Source: Candidatus Bathyarchaeia archaeon
Lineage (GTDB): Archaea; Thermoproteota; Bathyarchaeia; TCS64
NCBI GenBank assembly: GCA_050014495.1
Contig: JBEKDF010000003.1
Location: 32,001-96,000 of the forward strand
DNA length: 64,000 nucleotides
Direction of reading: 5' to 3'
In this document: positions 48,751 to 59,128 of the stretch, piece by piece
Position numbering within the stretch: the first letter of the stretch is position 1
Layout of the letters: each line of letters opens with the position of its first letter
The notes under the pieces: model-generated
Seen by the model: the letters and a program-made list of their open reading frames with translations, nothing else
Told to the model about the DNA's origin: nothing
Database searches by the model: none
Position numbers and translations under genes: made by a program

Positions 48751-50715
48751 CTACTTCACGAGAAGTGGAAGCAGAAGAAGAGCCGTTAAACATACGAGTT
48801 TCATGTAGATAATTAGGCTCGGTCCAGCGACATCCTTCATAGGATCTCCGACTGTGTCCCCTACAACGGCGGCCTTGTGCGTATCGCTCCCCTTCCCGCC
48901 ATAAAGTCCTGTTTCGATGAGCTTTTTCGCGTTGTCGAGGGCAGCGCCACCGTTATTGAAGAAGACGGCGAGAGCTACCGAGGAAACCGTGATACCTAGC
49001 AGCAGTGCGACCAATGTCTCGGCGCCAAGGAGTAGCCCAACAATGACCGGAGGTATAATTGCTAATAGTCCGGGCCAGATCATCTCCTTCAGAGCAGCCC
49101 TTGTGGAGATGTCGATTGGGCGGGAGTAATCTGGCTCAACCGTCCCCTCCATGACACCGGGGATTTTGAATTGTTTTCGGACCTCATCGACCATTGTCAT
49201 TGCCGTCTTTGCTGTAGAGCCAATAGTTAGGCTCGCAACTAGGAAACTGAGTGTGACTCCTACGAAGAGAGCTGCTATGTTCCAAGGGTTGATTAGGCTC
49301 AAGCTTTTCACGCCGGCAAGCTCAAAGTAAGTGATAATGACTGCAAAGGCCGTGAGAGTCCCTGTCGTCATACTGAGTGCCTTTGTATAGGCCTTCATGC
49401 TGTTCCCTACTGCGTCGAGGAGGCCAAGGTTTTTTTCCACCCCCTTCTCGTGGGCCATCTCGCCCACGCCGTCGGCATTATCAACAATTGGTCCGAAGGC
49501 GTCGGCTGACATAATGAAGCCTATCATGAGGTCTGTGCCTATGTTAGCTAGGGCAATAGCGTATAGGCTGTTCCCCGAGATGATGTAGCTGAAGACCGCG
49601 GCGCCAATCACTCCCGAAACGGGTATTATCGGGTTCTGGAAGGCGTAGGCCAGCCCCGTAATCAGAGTGATGGCAGGTCCCCTCTGAGAGGCCTCGGCTA
49701 TCGTTCTGACGGGTTTTCCCCTATACCCTGTGTAATACTGGGCGACGAATATTGAGATTAGGACGGCGGTCAATCCACTAAGTATCGAGAGAAATATTGT
49801 CACATCGTTGAGGAGATAAATTGAAAGAGAGTAACAACCGATAGCGCAGAGAACGAATGTTGTGACCAGTCCTACTAGGATGCTTCGACTTGGATCCTTC
49901 TTTAATTGCTGGACAAGAAATACACCCGCCACTGAAGCGAGGTAACCTGCTACTGGTAGGATTATCGGGAAGATGATGGCGTTGTAGCCATATCGGCTCA
50001 CGAAGGCGGCTCCCAACATCATACCGGTTATCATGTCTCCGCTGAAGCTCTGGAAAAGATCAGCGCCCCTTCCTGCACAGTCGCCTACGTTGTCGCCAAC
50101 GAGGTCAGCGATCACTGCTGCGTTACGGGGGTCGTCCTCAGGTATTCCTTGCTCTACTTTTCCGACGAGGTCCGCACCTATGTCGGCGGCCTTTGTGAAG
50201 ATACCTCCGCCAACTTGAGCGAAGAGGGCAATTAGACTCGCCCCGAACCCGAATCCAACTAGGAGATTTGGGTCCTTTAAAAGTAGAAAGAGAAAAGTGA
50301 CACCTGCGAGGCTGATAGCCGGCACGGAGAGGCCCATAAGGCTTCCCCCCATGAAGGCTATCCTGAATGCTGTATTCGCTGAGGTCTTAGCTGAGTCGGT
50401 GACCCTAGAGTGTACCTTGACGACGAGCCTCGTTACTGAATATGATGAGAGTATCGACATCACAGCGCCGAAGACGAAGGTTGCCGCTGCCTCCCACCCT
50501 AAGAACCAGAATATTGCCACTGCAAGGATGGGAATGAATAAGAGGATGACCCTGAATTGGGTGTTCATGTAGGTCGAAGTCCCTCTCTGGATGAACTCTG
50601 AGATCTGTGTGATTCGCGAGGGCTCAATCCGATGGCTGAATATCCAGCGGTATATCAGGGTCAGTAGCGCGCCTGCAAAGACTATCGTAGCGAAGGTGAT
50701 CCATAAGGGATTCAA
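48751..50715 (-). CDS. hppA: membrane pyrophosphatase, K+-independent type
   Basis: GGGIFTKAADIGADLVGKVE, EDDPRN, DNVGD, GNSMKA (Lys determinant), GDTVGDPMKD. Confidence 0.93.
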   Translation of the reverse strand: MNPLWITFATIVFAGALLTLIYRWIFSHRIEPSRITQISEFIQRGTSTYMNTQFRVILLFIPILAVAIFWFLGWEAAATFVFGAVMSILSSYSVTRLVVKVHSRVTDSAKTSANTAFRIAFMGGSLMGLSVPAISLAGVTFLFLLLKDPNLLVGFGFGASLIALFAQVGGGIFTKAADIGADLVGKVEQGIPEDDPRNAAVIADLVGDNVGDCAGRGADLFQSFSGDMITGMMLGAAFVSRYGYNAIIFPIILPVAGYLASVAGVFLVQQLKKDPSRSILVGLVTTFVLCAIGCYSLSIYLLNDVTIFLSILSGLTAVLISIFVAQYYTGYRGKPVRTIAEASQRGPAITLITGLAYAFQNPIIPVSGVIGAAVFSYIISGNSLYAIALANIGTDLMIGFIMSADAFGPIVDNADGVGEMAHEKGVEKNLGLLDAVGNSMKAYTKALSMTTGTLTAFAVIITYFELAGVKSLSLINPWNIAALFVGVTLSFLVASLTIGSTAKTAMTMVDEVRKQFKIPGVMEGTVEPDYSRPIDISTRAALKEMIWPGLLAIIPPVIVGLLLGAETLVALLLGITVSSVALAVFFNNGGAALDNAKKLIETGLYGGKGSDTHKAAVVGDTVGDPMKDVAGPSLIIYMKLVCLTALLLLPLLVK

Positions 50716-50868
50716 TGTTCAAACCTTTGTTATTTCTAATAGGCAAATCTGTAGAGATGCTGGCTTAACATATACTCCTTGATGTGCCATTACTTGTTCG
50801 CTTTCGGGGTGGATCGAATTTAAAGTTTCTTATTATTTTTGCCTACTTTTGCCTTAATGAAAGCAAAA

Positions 50869-51405
50869 TTAGCTAAAACGACCCTGGCCTTCCCACTTCT
50901 TGAAAATTATCTCAGATGCAACCTCTGCAGCTATCCCACAGACCTTGGGACACCCCTCGTCACCATGTCCGCCGCAAGCGTAGAACGCTTCCCGTTGTGT
51001 GGTATCTCGGAGGTCGTAGCTACGTCCGTAGATCCCTCTCTGGATGTCCCAGCAGATCGTCGATTTTAATGGCTCCTTAAAGCCAAACTCCTTCTCGACA
51101 CGTCGCTGGAACTCGTTGGCTACCTTGTCGGCCTCAGCGCAGGCCGCCGTGTAGGCCGGTGTGTCGGTGATTCTACTTCGCCCCTCAACGAGGCCTACAG
51201 CCATCAACGCCCCAAGTAGTGCCCCGCATGTCTCACCACGCCTTGCGACTCCTCCACTGAGCACCGTCGCCGCACGAAAAGACTCCGCGTCACCGACTCC
51301 GAGTCCTTCCTGAAGCGCAAGTAGCACAGACTGGCTACAGCCGCTATATTTATCGTAGAAGAGGGCGCGTCTCCTAATCTCCTTCACAAATACCTCGTCG
51401 ACCAT
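50869..51405 (-). CDS. C_GCAxxG_C_C family redox-active protein
   Basis: GCSQSVL, GETCGALLG, later C and GC..VC. Confidence 0.85.
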   Translation of the reverse strand: MVDEVFVKEIRRRALFYDKYSGCSQSVLLALQEGLGVGDAESFRAATVLSGGVARRGETCGALLGALMAVGLVEGRSRITDTPAYTAACAEADKVANEFQRRVEKEFGFKEPLKSTICWDIQRGIYGRSYDLRDTTQREAFYACGGHGDEGCPKVCGIAAEVASEIIFKKWEGQGRFS

Positions 51406-51491
51406 GGGTGAGTGATGGGTGGTTTCCGATTTAAGACATGAGGAGGGGTATCACCAAGGTTTATATCGGAACATATCCGCTTCCTGGAGGA

Positions 51492-51830
51492 ATGATCGGC
51501 CTACATCTTATGCTCGACGGCTTGATGGGTACCCCAGTAACGAGTGAGATGGTTGACTCCATACTGCGCGAGCTCCCCGGTCGAATTGGCATGAAGATTA
51601 TCGCAGGGCCAGTCGTCGTGGAGGGTAACCCCTGTAACCCCGGGTGGACCGGCTTCGTCGTAATCGACAAGAGCCACATTGCAATCCACACATTCACGGA
51701 GGGTAACCGAATCAGTATAGATGTCTATAGTTGCCAGCCCTTCGACGCGGAGGAGGTAGAGCACTACCTAAGCCAGAAGATCGCATTGACCCATCTAAAC
51801 AAGAGGCTCGTCAACCGATCCGAGGCCTAG
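51492..51830 (+). CDS. pyruvoyl-dependent S-adenosylmethionine-decarboxylase-like proenzyme
   Basis: GLHLMLD, G.TGFVVI.KSHIAIHTF, IDVYSC; GGAGG RBS. Confidence 0.8.
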   Translation: MIGLHLMLDGLMGTPVTSEMVDSILRELPGRIGMKIIAGPVVVEGNPCNPGWTGFVVIDKSHIAIHTFTEGNRISIDVYSCQPFDAEEVEHYLSQKIALTHLNKRLVNRSEA

Positions 51831-51994
51831 CGAATCTCAAACACATCTTCCAACCTCTGCTCCGCCTCCTGTGCCGAACGCCTTGCAAAGAGGAGGAATA
51901 AAAAGATTTAAACTGCTATGATTAGGCGCGCGTGGGGTACCCGAGCCAAGGTTTATCAAGAATCCTTCCCAAACCGGTGATAGGTGCAATATAC

Positions 51995-52498
51995 ATGAGC
52001 AAAAAGGACGCAAAGATGGCCGAGAAGTTCAAGGAGTTATCAGTGTTAGAGAACGACTACGCAGTTAAACTCGACACCGAGGTACGCGGTTACGGGAACG
52101 AAATATTCAGAGATATTATTGGCTCAATAGCCGTAGACAGCAAGAAGCACTCCGGCCTCTTCAAGGCATGCGCCGCCATATGCAACGGGGACAGTCTCAG
52201 CCTCACGGAAGACGAGTACAACGGACTTGTCAATAGCCTCAAGAAACACGAGGCAGTCGAAGGCAACATGATAAAGACCGTCGACGACCTCCTAGCGAAG
52301 ATTAAGGACGACCGCATCAGGATGATGCTGAATCATATAAAGGGCGACGAGGTTAGGCACCACCTCCTGATCAATAACCTGACGAAGATGGTGGCGAAGA
52401 GGGAGGTAATCCTAGAGAAGGATGTTTGGAACCAGCTCTTCAAGGACGTTCTTACACATGGCCATGCTCCGCCGGATCAGTTTGAGGAACCAGAGTAA
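51995..52498 (+). CDS. ferritin/rubrerythrin-like di-iron protein
   Basis: Two E...DxxKH / E...DEVRH half-sites. Confidence 0.7.
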   Translation: MSKKDAKMAEKFKELSVLENDYAVKLDTEVRGYGNEIFRDIIGSIAVDSKKHSGLFKACAAICNGDSLSLTEDEYNGLVNSLKKHEAVEGNMIKTVDDLLAKIKDDRIRMMLNHIKGDEVRHHLLINNLTKMVAKREVILEKDVWNQLFKDVLTHGHAPPDQFEEPE

Positions 52499-52673
52499 TC
52501 TAAAAATCGAACGCATAATTATGGCCATAAAATGGAAATAAATAGAAAATACGGCCCCTTTCAATAACAGGGGCTATTTTTTATGGGAAAACTTCTTTCG
52601 TCTCTTTATAAGGGTTAAATTTAAATAAATTCCCTCTCTTACTAACTATTGCTCGAAATAACCCCAGGAAGAG

Positions 52674-54065
52674 ATGTTACTGAATAGGGAAGATTATCTG
52701 CGAGTGGAAGCAGAGTATGATGGCAGAGGGTTAGAGATTAGGCTAAACGGGGATGCCTACAGGGTCGGTTATCCCACTGGGGTCTGGGGGAGCCTTGATG
52801 AAGAAGCGAAGAAGCTCGTCACTGACCACGTCGCCTTCCTCTCGACGAACTATCTACCCATAGTCCTCGGGAAGAGGGGTGTGATCTATAACACAAGGCA
52901 ACCCATGCTGGAGAGCTTCGCCTTCAAGAGCACCGTCTATGATCTACCCAGCAGCGCCCTCCTCGACGGTCATCCAGCCGTCGAATACATCCGGCGCTAC
53001 TATAACACCGACTTCATCTACGAAGGGGGTGAGACTGTTGTCTGGAGGAAGGGGTACAAGCCAAGGGATAGGGCTATAATCAGCTTTACTAGCGGGAAGG
53101 AAAGTCTCCTAACCCTAGCGGTATGTAGGGAGCTGGGTATCGAGCCCATCCTCGTCAACGTTGTGGAGCCCTCTAATCTCTACGAAGAGAAACACAGGCG
53201 TGGTCTACTCAAGAGGATGGCAGCCGAATTCGGTGTTGAATACCACATGATTCACCACGAACCCGGGGTCTTCCACGACGGACGCAGGATGGGGTACAAG
53301 CCATCAAGCTTGGGATGGGGGAGCCAACTCCTCTACTATCTAGTTCTTTTCCTCCCCTTCCTGATCCACTCAAAGGCACGATACGTCTTCTTCGGAAATG
53401 AGAACAGCTGCGACAAGGAGGCACCCCACCCCGAGGGATTTAGGACTAATTATTGCTACGATCAGAGCAGTGGCTGGACTCAACAGCTCGACAGCGCCGC
53501 CAGAATACTCACAAATGGCTCGACGAGAGTCGGTAGCCTCGTAGGACCGCTGAACGAGATCGCTGTGACTAAAGTCCTACACGAGGGTTACCCCGAACTA
53601 GCGAAGTATCAGATGAGCTGCTTCTGCGAGGACCCACCAGCCGAGGATCACAGGTGGTGCTGTGCATGCAGCAAATGTGCGAGGACTAACGCCTTCATTC
53701 GGGGGTTGGGCTACGACCCTAAGAGGGTTGGGTTCTGGAAAGATATGTTCACTGAGGAACACGCAGGCCTCTTCTCCGCACTAAATGGCTCGCAGACCTT
53801 CGGTTTCGACCGCTCAGGGCTCGGAAGAGAGGAACAGGAGCTTGCCCTCTTTATGGCGGCGCAGAGGGAGCCAGAGAACAGATTCCTCCAGAAGTACATG
53901 AAGACAAGCATCTATAATGGCATCTCCGGTGAGGGTGGGGCTGGAAACGAGAGGTTCCGCCGCGACTACGAGTTCTACATGACCCCCCAGCCATACCCAG
54001 CCATCCCCGAGGAGCTCCGAGAAAGGGTCTACAACTTATACAACCGCATCCTACGTGGTAGCTAG
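52674..54065 (+). CDS. PP-loop ATPase-like protein with C-terminal Cys cluster (MurL/QueC-like)
   Basis: SFTSGKESL, FGNE.SC, MSC...WCCACSKC. Confidence 0.55.
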   Translation: MLLNREDYLRVEAEYDGRGLEIRLNGDAYRVGYPTGVWGSLDEEAKKLVTDHVAFLSTNYLPIVLGKRGVIYNTRQPMLESFAFKSTVYDLPSSALLDGHPAVEYIRRYYNTDFIYEGGETVVWRKGYKPRDRAIISFTSGKESLLTLAVCRELGIEPILVNVVEPSNLYEEKHRRGLLKRMAAEFGVEYHMIHHEPGVFHDGRRMGYKPSSLGWGSQLLYYLVLFLPFLIHSKARYVFFGNENSCDKEAPHPEGFRTNYCYDQSSGWTQQLDSAARILTNGSTRVGSLVGPLNEIAVTKVLHEGYPELAKYQMSCFCEDPPAEDHRWCCACSKCARTNAFIRGLGYDPKRVGFWKDMFTEEHAGLFSALNGSQTFGFDRSGLGREEQELALFMAAQREPENRFLQKYMKTSIYNGISGEGGAGNERFRRDYEFYMTPQPYPAIPEELRERVYNLYNRILRGS

Positions 54066-54337
54066 TTCAACTCAACCTCGAGAGAGTATGCAAATCGATG
54101 GAGATGCTTCCTCGACTCATATGCTAGACCAGCCCAGGTGACCCGGAACTATCTCCCTCCCCCTGAACATTTACGCACCATTTATTGTCTTGCACGCACT
54201 CATAGATAATGAAATTGAACTTAAAATATGATAATGTTAAAAGTTAGCAAGGGTTTTAGTGATTTTTATTTTAAATTTAGCAGAATTATCACATTTAAAA
54301 ATGTTTTTAAATAAAGAACGGCTAAAAAAATCTAGAC

Positions 54338-54508
54338 ATGTCCGACGACGAAAAGAAGTACCGATACCACACCGTCAACCTCCCAGAGAACTTGGCTGCG
54401 AAAATAGAGGAGGTGATCGCCAGTGGAAATCATGGCTACACTAGCGTTCCCGACTTTGTAAAAAGTGCCGTACGAAGATACCTCAGGGAACTCGGCTACC
54501 TAGTCTAG
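54338..54508 (+). CDS. small ribbon-helix-helix protein (56 aa, absent from the ORF track)
   Basis: MSDDEKKYRYHTVNLPENLAAKIEEVIASGNHGYTSVPDFVKSAVRRYLRELGYLV; TTTAAATA box upstream. Confidence 0.85.
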   Translation: MSDDEKKYRYHTVNLPENLAAKIEEVIASGNHGYTSVPDFVKSAVRRYLRELGYLV

Positions 54509-54686
54509 AATTAGACTCTCAGGCGTCTCTGGGTCGACAACTAGGATGCGCATACTTAAGTTCATTTTTATGACCCCCCATGGGTCATCCCAGATCGTTG
54601 TAAGTATTATTTGGTCATAGAACCTGGTGCCAAATATACTTAATACAGTGCTCGCATTCTAAGGGTCAAAAAAAAGAGGGAGAATC

Positions 54687-54905
54687 CTACTCCTTGATAA
54701 CATCGATTTCAGTATCCGTGTGGATTTTGGATGGGAACTTGGCAAGGTAGTGCACCCACTCTTGCGAGACCGAGTCGGGGTGTTCTCTGACAAATTCCTC
54801 GTGCTTCTTACAGTGTCTCCCCCTGCAATTTGGGTCAGCGGAGATCAACATATGCATCCTGAGGGCACCTGGTCCTTGGTCGGTCTGGAGGTTACATCCC
54901 TCCAC
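54687..54905 (-). CDS. small hypothetical protein, possibly Zn-binding
   Basis: In-frame upstream YVCPVEGC plus later His/Cys residues; start codon unclear. Confidence 0.35.
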   Translation of the reverse strand: MEGCNLQTDQGPGALRMHMLISADPNCRGRHCKKHEEFVREHPDSVSQEWVHYLAKFPSKIHTDTEIDVIKE

Positions 54906-55071
54906 GGGACAAACGTAATAAGTGTTAATTGACGATAATCAAAAGCCATTTGAACCTATAAAAAACGTGGCAAAACATCCTAAACAGAGATTACATCTAT
55001 TAAAAGCAAAAAAAATGATATTTAACGTTTAAATATCAACGTTCCCCAACCGAAACCAAGTGAAAAGAACT

Positions 55072-55290
55072 ATGTCTTACAAAGTCGAGATCGACAGGGA
55101 GACGTGCATAGCCTGTGGTGTATGCTACGGAACAGATCCCTCCCACTTCGAAGGCGATTCGGAGAGCAAATCCAAGGTAATTGGCGGAAATAGCAATGGA
55201 AAATCTGTAGGCACCTTCGACGACAGTGCTAAGGATGATGCCCAACGTGCAGCCGATTCTTGCCCTGTTTTAGCCATAACCATAACCTAA
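55072..55290 (+). CDS. monocluster ferredoxin
   Basis: CIACGVC...CP. Confidence 0.92.
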   Translation: MSYKVEIDRETCIACGVCYGTDPSHFEGDSESKSKVIGGNSNGKSVGTFDDSAKDDAQRAADSCPVLAITIT

Positions 55291-55418
55291 ATACAACTCC
55301 TTAAAACAACAAATCATTAACAGTTCCTAGATGCGAAAATAGATCTACCTTAATTATGCATCTACGCGCGCTCCCGCAACAATTAAACATCCGCGGAACA
55401 AGTCACACGCGACCCCCA

Positions 55419-56414
55419 GTGAAAGTCCTCTGTGCCGGAAGCTTCATGATAGACATTGTGGCTCCCCACTTACCAGCCATCACTCCTCCGGGAGGCCTCA
55501 TCTATGCTCCGAAGGGGATAACACTAAGCATAGGAGGCCACGCCGTCAACGTCAGTGTTGACCTTGCCCAGCTGGGACAAAGCGGCGTCGCAGCAGCTGG
55601 CTGCATTGGAGATGACATTCTTGGGAGGTACATACAGGAGACACTAGGAGCCATTGGGGTTGAAGCACGCCCCCAGGTGCTCAAATCCACACCGACAGCG
55701 AAGAACATTGCACTCACGGTGGAGGGGGAAGACCGACGGTTCATAGCCGAGCTGGCAGCAAACACACTGCTCACCCCGGATCACATCGAATTCCTCCTCA
55801 CGGAGCGACCGCGTATTTTCTTCCTTGGTACTATTGGGGGCCTAAAGTACATCGATGCAAATCTTAAGAGTCTCTTGGCTGTCGCTCACGCCTCTGGAGC
55901 CACCACCGTCGTTGATGTTATACAACCGACAGAGCCGGACTGGAGTCATCTCACGAGGGCGATGAATGGCATCGATATTCTCCACCTCAATGAGGAGGAG
56001 GCACACCAAGTTACCGGGCTCGTTGACCCAATTTCCGCAGCGAGAAGACTCAGAACTGGAGGAGCCAACACGATAATCGTCACGAAGGGCTCCTCTGGCC
56101 TCTTTGCCCTGCGAGGTGATGCGGAGATTATCATGCCTGGCTTCAGGATCGAGGAGGTTGACGCGACGGGAGCGGGGGACGCCCTCTGTGCCGGGCTCAT
56201 CCACAGTCTCATGGAGACGGGTAACCCCTCCGAAGCCTCAGAGGACGAGTTCATACATGCTTTACTCGAGGGACAGGCAGCGGGCGCGGCCTGTGTTACC
56301 TCCGCGGGGGCTACGACGTCCGTCAACTCCAAAAGCGTCAAGGCCCTGCTCCGGGAGCAGGGGGAAGCGATCTTGAACTCGGCCACTCTACGTCGAGGAA
56401 ATATATCGAAGTGA
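55419..56414 (+). CDS. PfkB carbohydrate kinase
   Basis: GGHAVNV, IGDDILG, NEEEA, DATGAGD. Confidence 0.9.
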   Translation: MKVLCAGSFMIDIVAPHLPAITPPGGLIYAPKGITLSIGGHAVNVSVDLAQLGQSGVAAAGCIGDDILGRYIQETLGAIGVEARPQVLKSTPTAKNIALTVEGEDRRFIAELAANTLLTPDHIEFLLTERPRIFFLGTIGGLKYIDANLKSLLAVAHASGATTVVDVIQPTEPDWSHLTRAMNGIDILHLNEEEAHQVTGLVDPISAARRLRTGGANTIIVTKGSSGLFALRGDAEIIMPGFRIEEVDATGAGDALCAGLIHSLMETGNPSEASEDEFIHALLEGQAAGAACVTSAGATTSVNSKSVKALLREQGEAILNSATLRRGNISK

Positions 56415-57115
56415 CTGCTATGATTGAAGGGGGGCGAAGGATACCCACGGGCTCGGCAAGTCTAGACACCCTTCTATCTGGTGGCCTAGCCATGGGAGGA
56501 GTCACCTTCGCATATGGTGAGCCCGCCACCGGTAAGACAACCCTCGCCATCAGCGCTGCAGCCAACCTCTTCCGACTCAATCACGCCGCCAAAGTATTAT
56601 ACATAGATTCGGACGCGAAGTTCACTCCCACACGACTCACACAGATGACTGGGGAAGAGGTAAGCCTCAGACGTCTCGTCTACATTCGTCCATCGACCTT
56701 CGAGGAACAAGCTGACTCCATAGACAACCTCCCAGACCAACTACAGCATGGCGACCTCGTATGCGTTGACTCCGTCACAGGTTTGTACAGAGTCGAGACG
56801 GGAGATACGCAGAAGACATTCTCAGAGAATAAGGAACTGAACAGACAGCTCGGCTCCCTTAAGGAGACTGCTCTCACAATAGGTGTCGCAGTCTTGCTCA
56901 CGGGACAGGTGAGGAGTGTCCTCGACTCCCCTGTACCCGCCATCGAACCAGTCGCACAGCGCCTCCTCCGATATTGGAGCGACACAGTCATTAGGATCGA
57001 TAGCACAGCGACCCAGGGAGTAAAACAGGTCACTCTCGAGAAACCGGAGGTCCTCAGGGGAGCGACTAGAGTCGCGATAACTCAGACGGGAATAGGAGAG
57101 GAGCAGCGTTGGTAG
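56411..57115 (+). CDS. radB: RadB-like RecA-family ATPase
   Basis: IPTGSASLD.LL.GG, YGEPATGKT, YIDSD, VDSVT.LYR; no N-terminal RadA domain. Confidence 0.75.
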   Translation: MTAMIEGGRRIPTGSASLDTLLSGGLAMGGVTFAYGEPATGKTTLAISAAANLFRLNHAAKVLYIDSDAKFTPTRLTQMTGEEVSLRRLVYIRPSTFEEQADSIDNLPDQLQHGDLVCVDSVTGLYRVETGDTQKTFSENKELNRQLGSLKETALTIGVAVLLTGQVRSVLDSPVPAIEPVAQRLLRYWSDTVIRIDSTATQGVKQVTLEKPEVLRGATRVAITQTGIGEEQRW

Positions 57116-57594
57116 ATCCGGTCATCTGGTTCTTAGATACGATATGGCTCTTCCTGCCTGCCTACTTCGCCAACGCGGCCCCTGTTCTCCTACACGGTGG
57201 CGGACCCCTCGACAGGGGAAGGAGTTGGAGTGATGGGAAGCGGATCCTCGGTGATCATAAGACCGTCTTCGGCACACTCGCGGGAATAGCCGTCGGGTCT
57301 CTCTTCGCATTAGCTCAGGGGAATTTCCTGCAGGGATCGCTCTTCGCTATAGGCGCGATAGGCGGTGACCTTGTCTTCGCGTTCATAAAGCGGCGATTGG
57401 GACTAGAGCCAGGCAAGCCTCTTCCCCTATGGGATCAGGTTGGCTTCATCATCCTAGCCATCTTTCTAGGGAGTCTAGTTATGCCTAGCCCCACGTGGCA
57501 ACAGGATGTCGCCATGATTGTAACGACTATCCCGGTACATTATGTTTCTAACCTCTTCGCATGGGGGCTAAATTGGAAGAAGGAACCATGGTAG
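57109..57594 (+). CDS. carS: CDP-archaeol synthase
   Basis: LPAYFANAAP, D.G....DG.RILGDHKT, GD...FIKRR, DQ, K.EPW. Confidence 0.92.
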   Translation: MVDPVIWFLDTIWLFLPAYFANAAPVLLHGGGPLDRGRSWSDGKRILGDHKTVFGTLAGIAVGSLFALAQGNFLQGSLFAIGAIGGDLVFAFIKRRLGLEPGKPLPLWDQVGFIILAIFLGSLVMPSPTWQQDVAMIVTTIPVHYVSNLFAWGLNWKKEPW

Positions 57595-57778
57595 AAACAG
57601 ATGATGCATTGACAAAGACCCTTAAAACATCGTTCAAGACATTAGAACAGCCGTTCTAAACCCTCTCTTTAAATGGGTTGACCCCCATTATCTACTTCGG
57701 AAAAATGGAAAATCGGTAAAGGTTTTACGCACGTAGGAGCATTAATCGAATTGGAAACTTCGGACCAGGAGGCAGTGC

Positions 57779-58345
57779 TTGTCTAAGCGTAAGATGCTGG
57801 CTGCGGAGGAGGACCTGGCTAACAAGGTCGCTGAGCTGGCGGAGAAGCGCGGCCTCACGGTCTATCAGACCGTGAACGATATCCTCGAGCAAGCGATCCG
57901 GGCAGAGGAGCAAGGCCTCAACCTGAAGGAGGCTGTTGACCGCCGAGGTGACATGGAGCATGCCCGCGAGATGGGTCTAACCTTCACAGTTGAGCACCTA
58001 TACTACCAGGTCGTTGACGCCGCTTATAGCAAGGATAAAGAGAGGATTCGTCAACTCTGGAGCGACATGGGCTTGTGGTACGGCAAGTACTTCAAGAACA
58101 AGGGAGGCGAGCCCGTCAAGGGCCTCACCGAGGCCCTCGGCTTCCTTACCCACGGCAGCCAATTCACAGCTGAGAGGGGGAAGCCGGACGAACTCATAGT
58201 CAGCTGCATAAACGAGCGCTACTCGAGGGGCTACACTGAGGTCTTCGCAACCTTTATTGAGGCGGCATTCCAAGTCCTCGGTTATAAGACCTTGGAGAAT
58301 GAGGCTAGCCGAGGGATAATACGGATACGACTCGCGAAGGAGTGA
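57779..58345 (+). CDS. hypothetical protein, N-terminal RHH-like plus V4R/H-NOX-like domain
   Basis: RKMLAAEEDL.NKV.ELA.KRG.T beta-helix-helix; W...G.WYG; paralogue of the next gene. Confidence 0.6.
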   Translation: MSKRKMLAAEEDLANKVAELAEKRGLTVYQTVNDILEQAIRAEEQGLNLKEAVDRRGDMEHAREMGLTFTVEHLYYQVVDAAYSKDKERIRQLWSDMGLWYGKYFKNKGGEPVKGLTEALGFLTHGSQFTAERGKPDELIVSCINERYSRGYTEVFATFIEAAFQVLGYKTLENEASRGIIRIRLAKE

Positions 58346-58349
58346 TGGG

Positions 58350-58934
58350 TTGACTAAGAAGCAGCCAGAGGATACGAAGCTCCTGATGCTCCCGAGTGAG
58401 CTTGTTGATAGACTGAGGGATGCCTCCAGCAGAAATGGGACCAGCCTCTCTGGCTATGCCATCGAGGTCCTAGAGGAGGCTTTGCGAGCTGAGAAACTTG
58501 GGGCTCGCCTAGGTGAGGCGGTGGAGGCTTACCGAATGGATGAAATTCACAGGGGGGCGGGGGCAATGGTCGTTCCTAGGAGCAGTCTAGGGCATCTCGT
58601 GGAGGATCTGAACGGCCACGGGGAGAATATCTCTGCCATCTGGGAGGAGGCTGGTCGATGGTATGGTCGCTTCCTGACAGGAAAGCTCGCGGGGGACGAG
58701 GTGATGCCGTTCCTCCGCAGGGACCTGCTTACTAGCTGGAACCTAGACGAGGTCGAGATATCTGATGGCGATGATGCGGTGCTAAGGTTCACGGGCTTCG
58801 GGATGTCGGAGGAGTTCACTAAACTCCTCCTTAGCTATGTCCACGGTTTAATGGAATCCCTTGGATACGCTGAGGTTGAGATAGATAGTCTACGGGGCAT
58901 GGCCACGATTAAATACATCCGACACAAAATGTGA
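58350..58934 (+). CDS. hypothetical protein, paralogue of upstream RHH-like gene
   Basis: KLLMLPSELVDRL..ASSRNGTS; shared LE.A.RAE..G..L.EAV, W..AG.WYG, LGY...E...RG. Confidence 0.6.
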   Translation: MTKKQPEDTKLLMLPSELVDRLRDASSRNGTSLSGYAIEVLEEALRAEKLGARLGEAVEAYRMDEIHRGAGAMVVPRSSLGHLVEDLNGHGENISAIWEEAGRWYGRFLTGKLAGDEVMPFLRRDLLTSWNLDEVEISDGDDAVLRFTGFGMSEEFTKLLLSYVHGLMESLGYAEVEIDSLRGMATIKYIRHKM

Positions 58935-59128
58935 TTTTTTTATATCAAGAAATCAATTTTTGATAGAATAGCATTTATTTTTGATATTTTTAAATTATGC
59001 GTTATTTAGGCTCGTTTTCGCTAGTTTATGAATAATATCGACGTGCATAGTTTTTGGTTCTCTATTTTCTTGAAAGTTGATTGAAAATACATATTTCTTG
59101 TTCTTTTTTTTTGAGACAATCCACTTTA

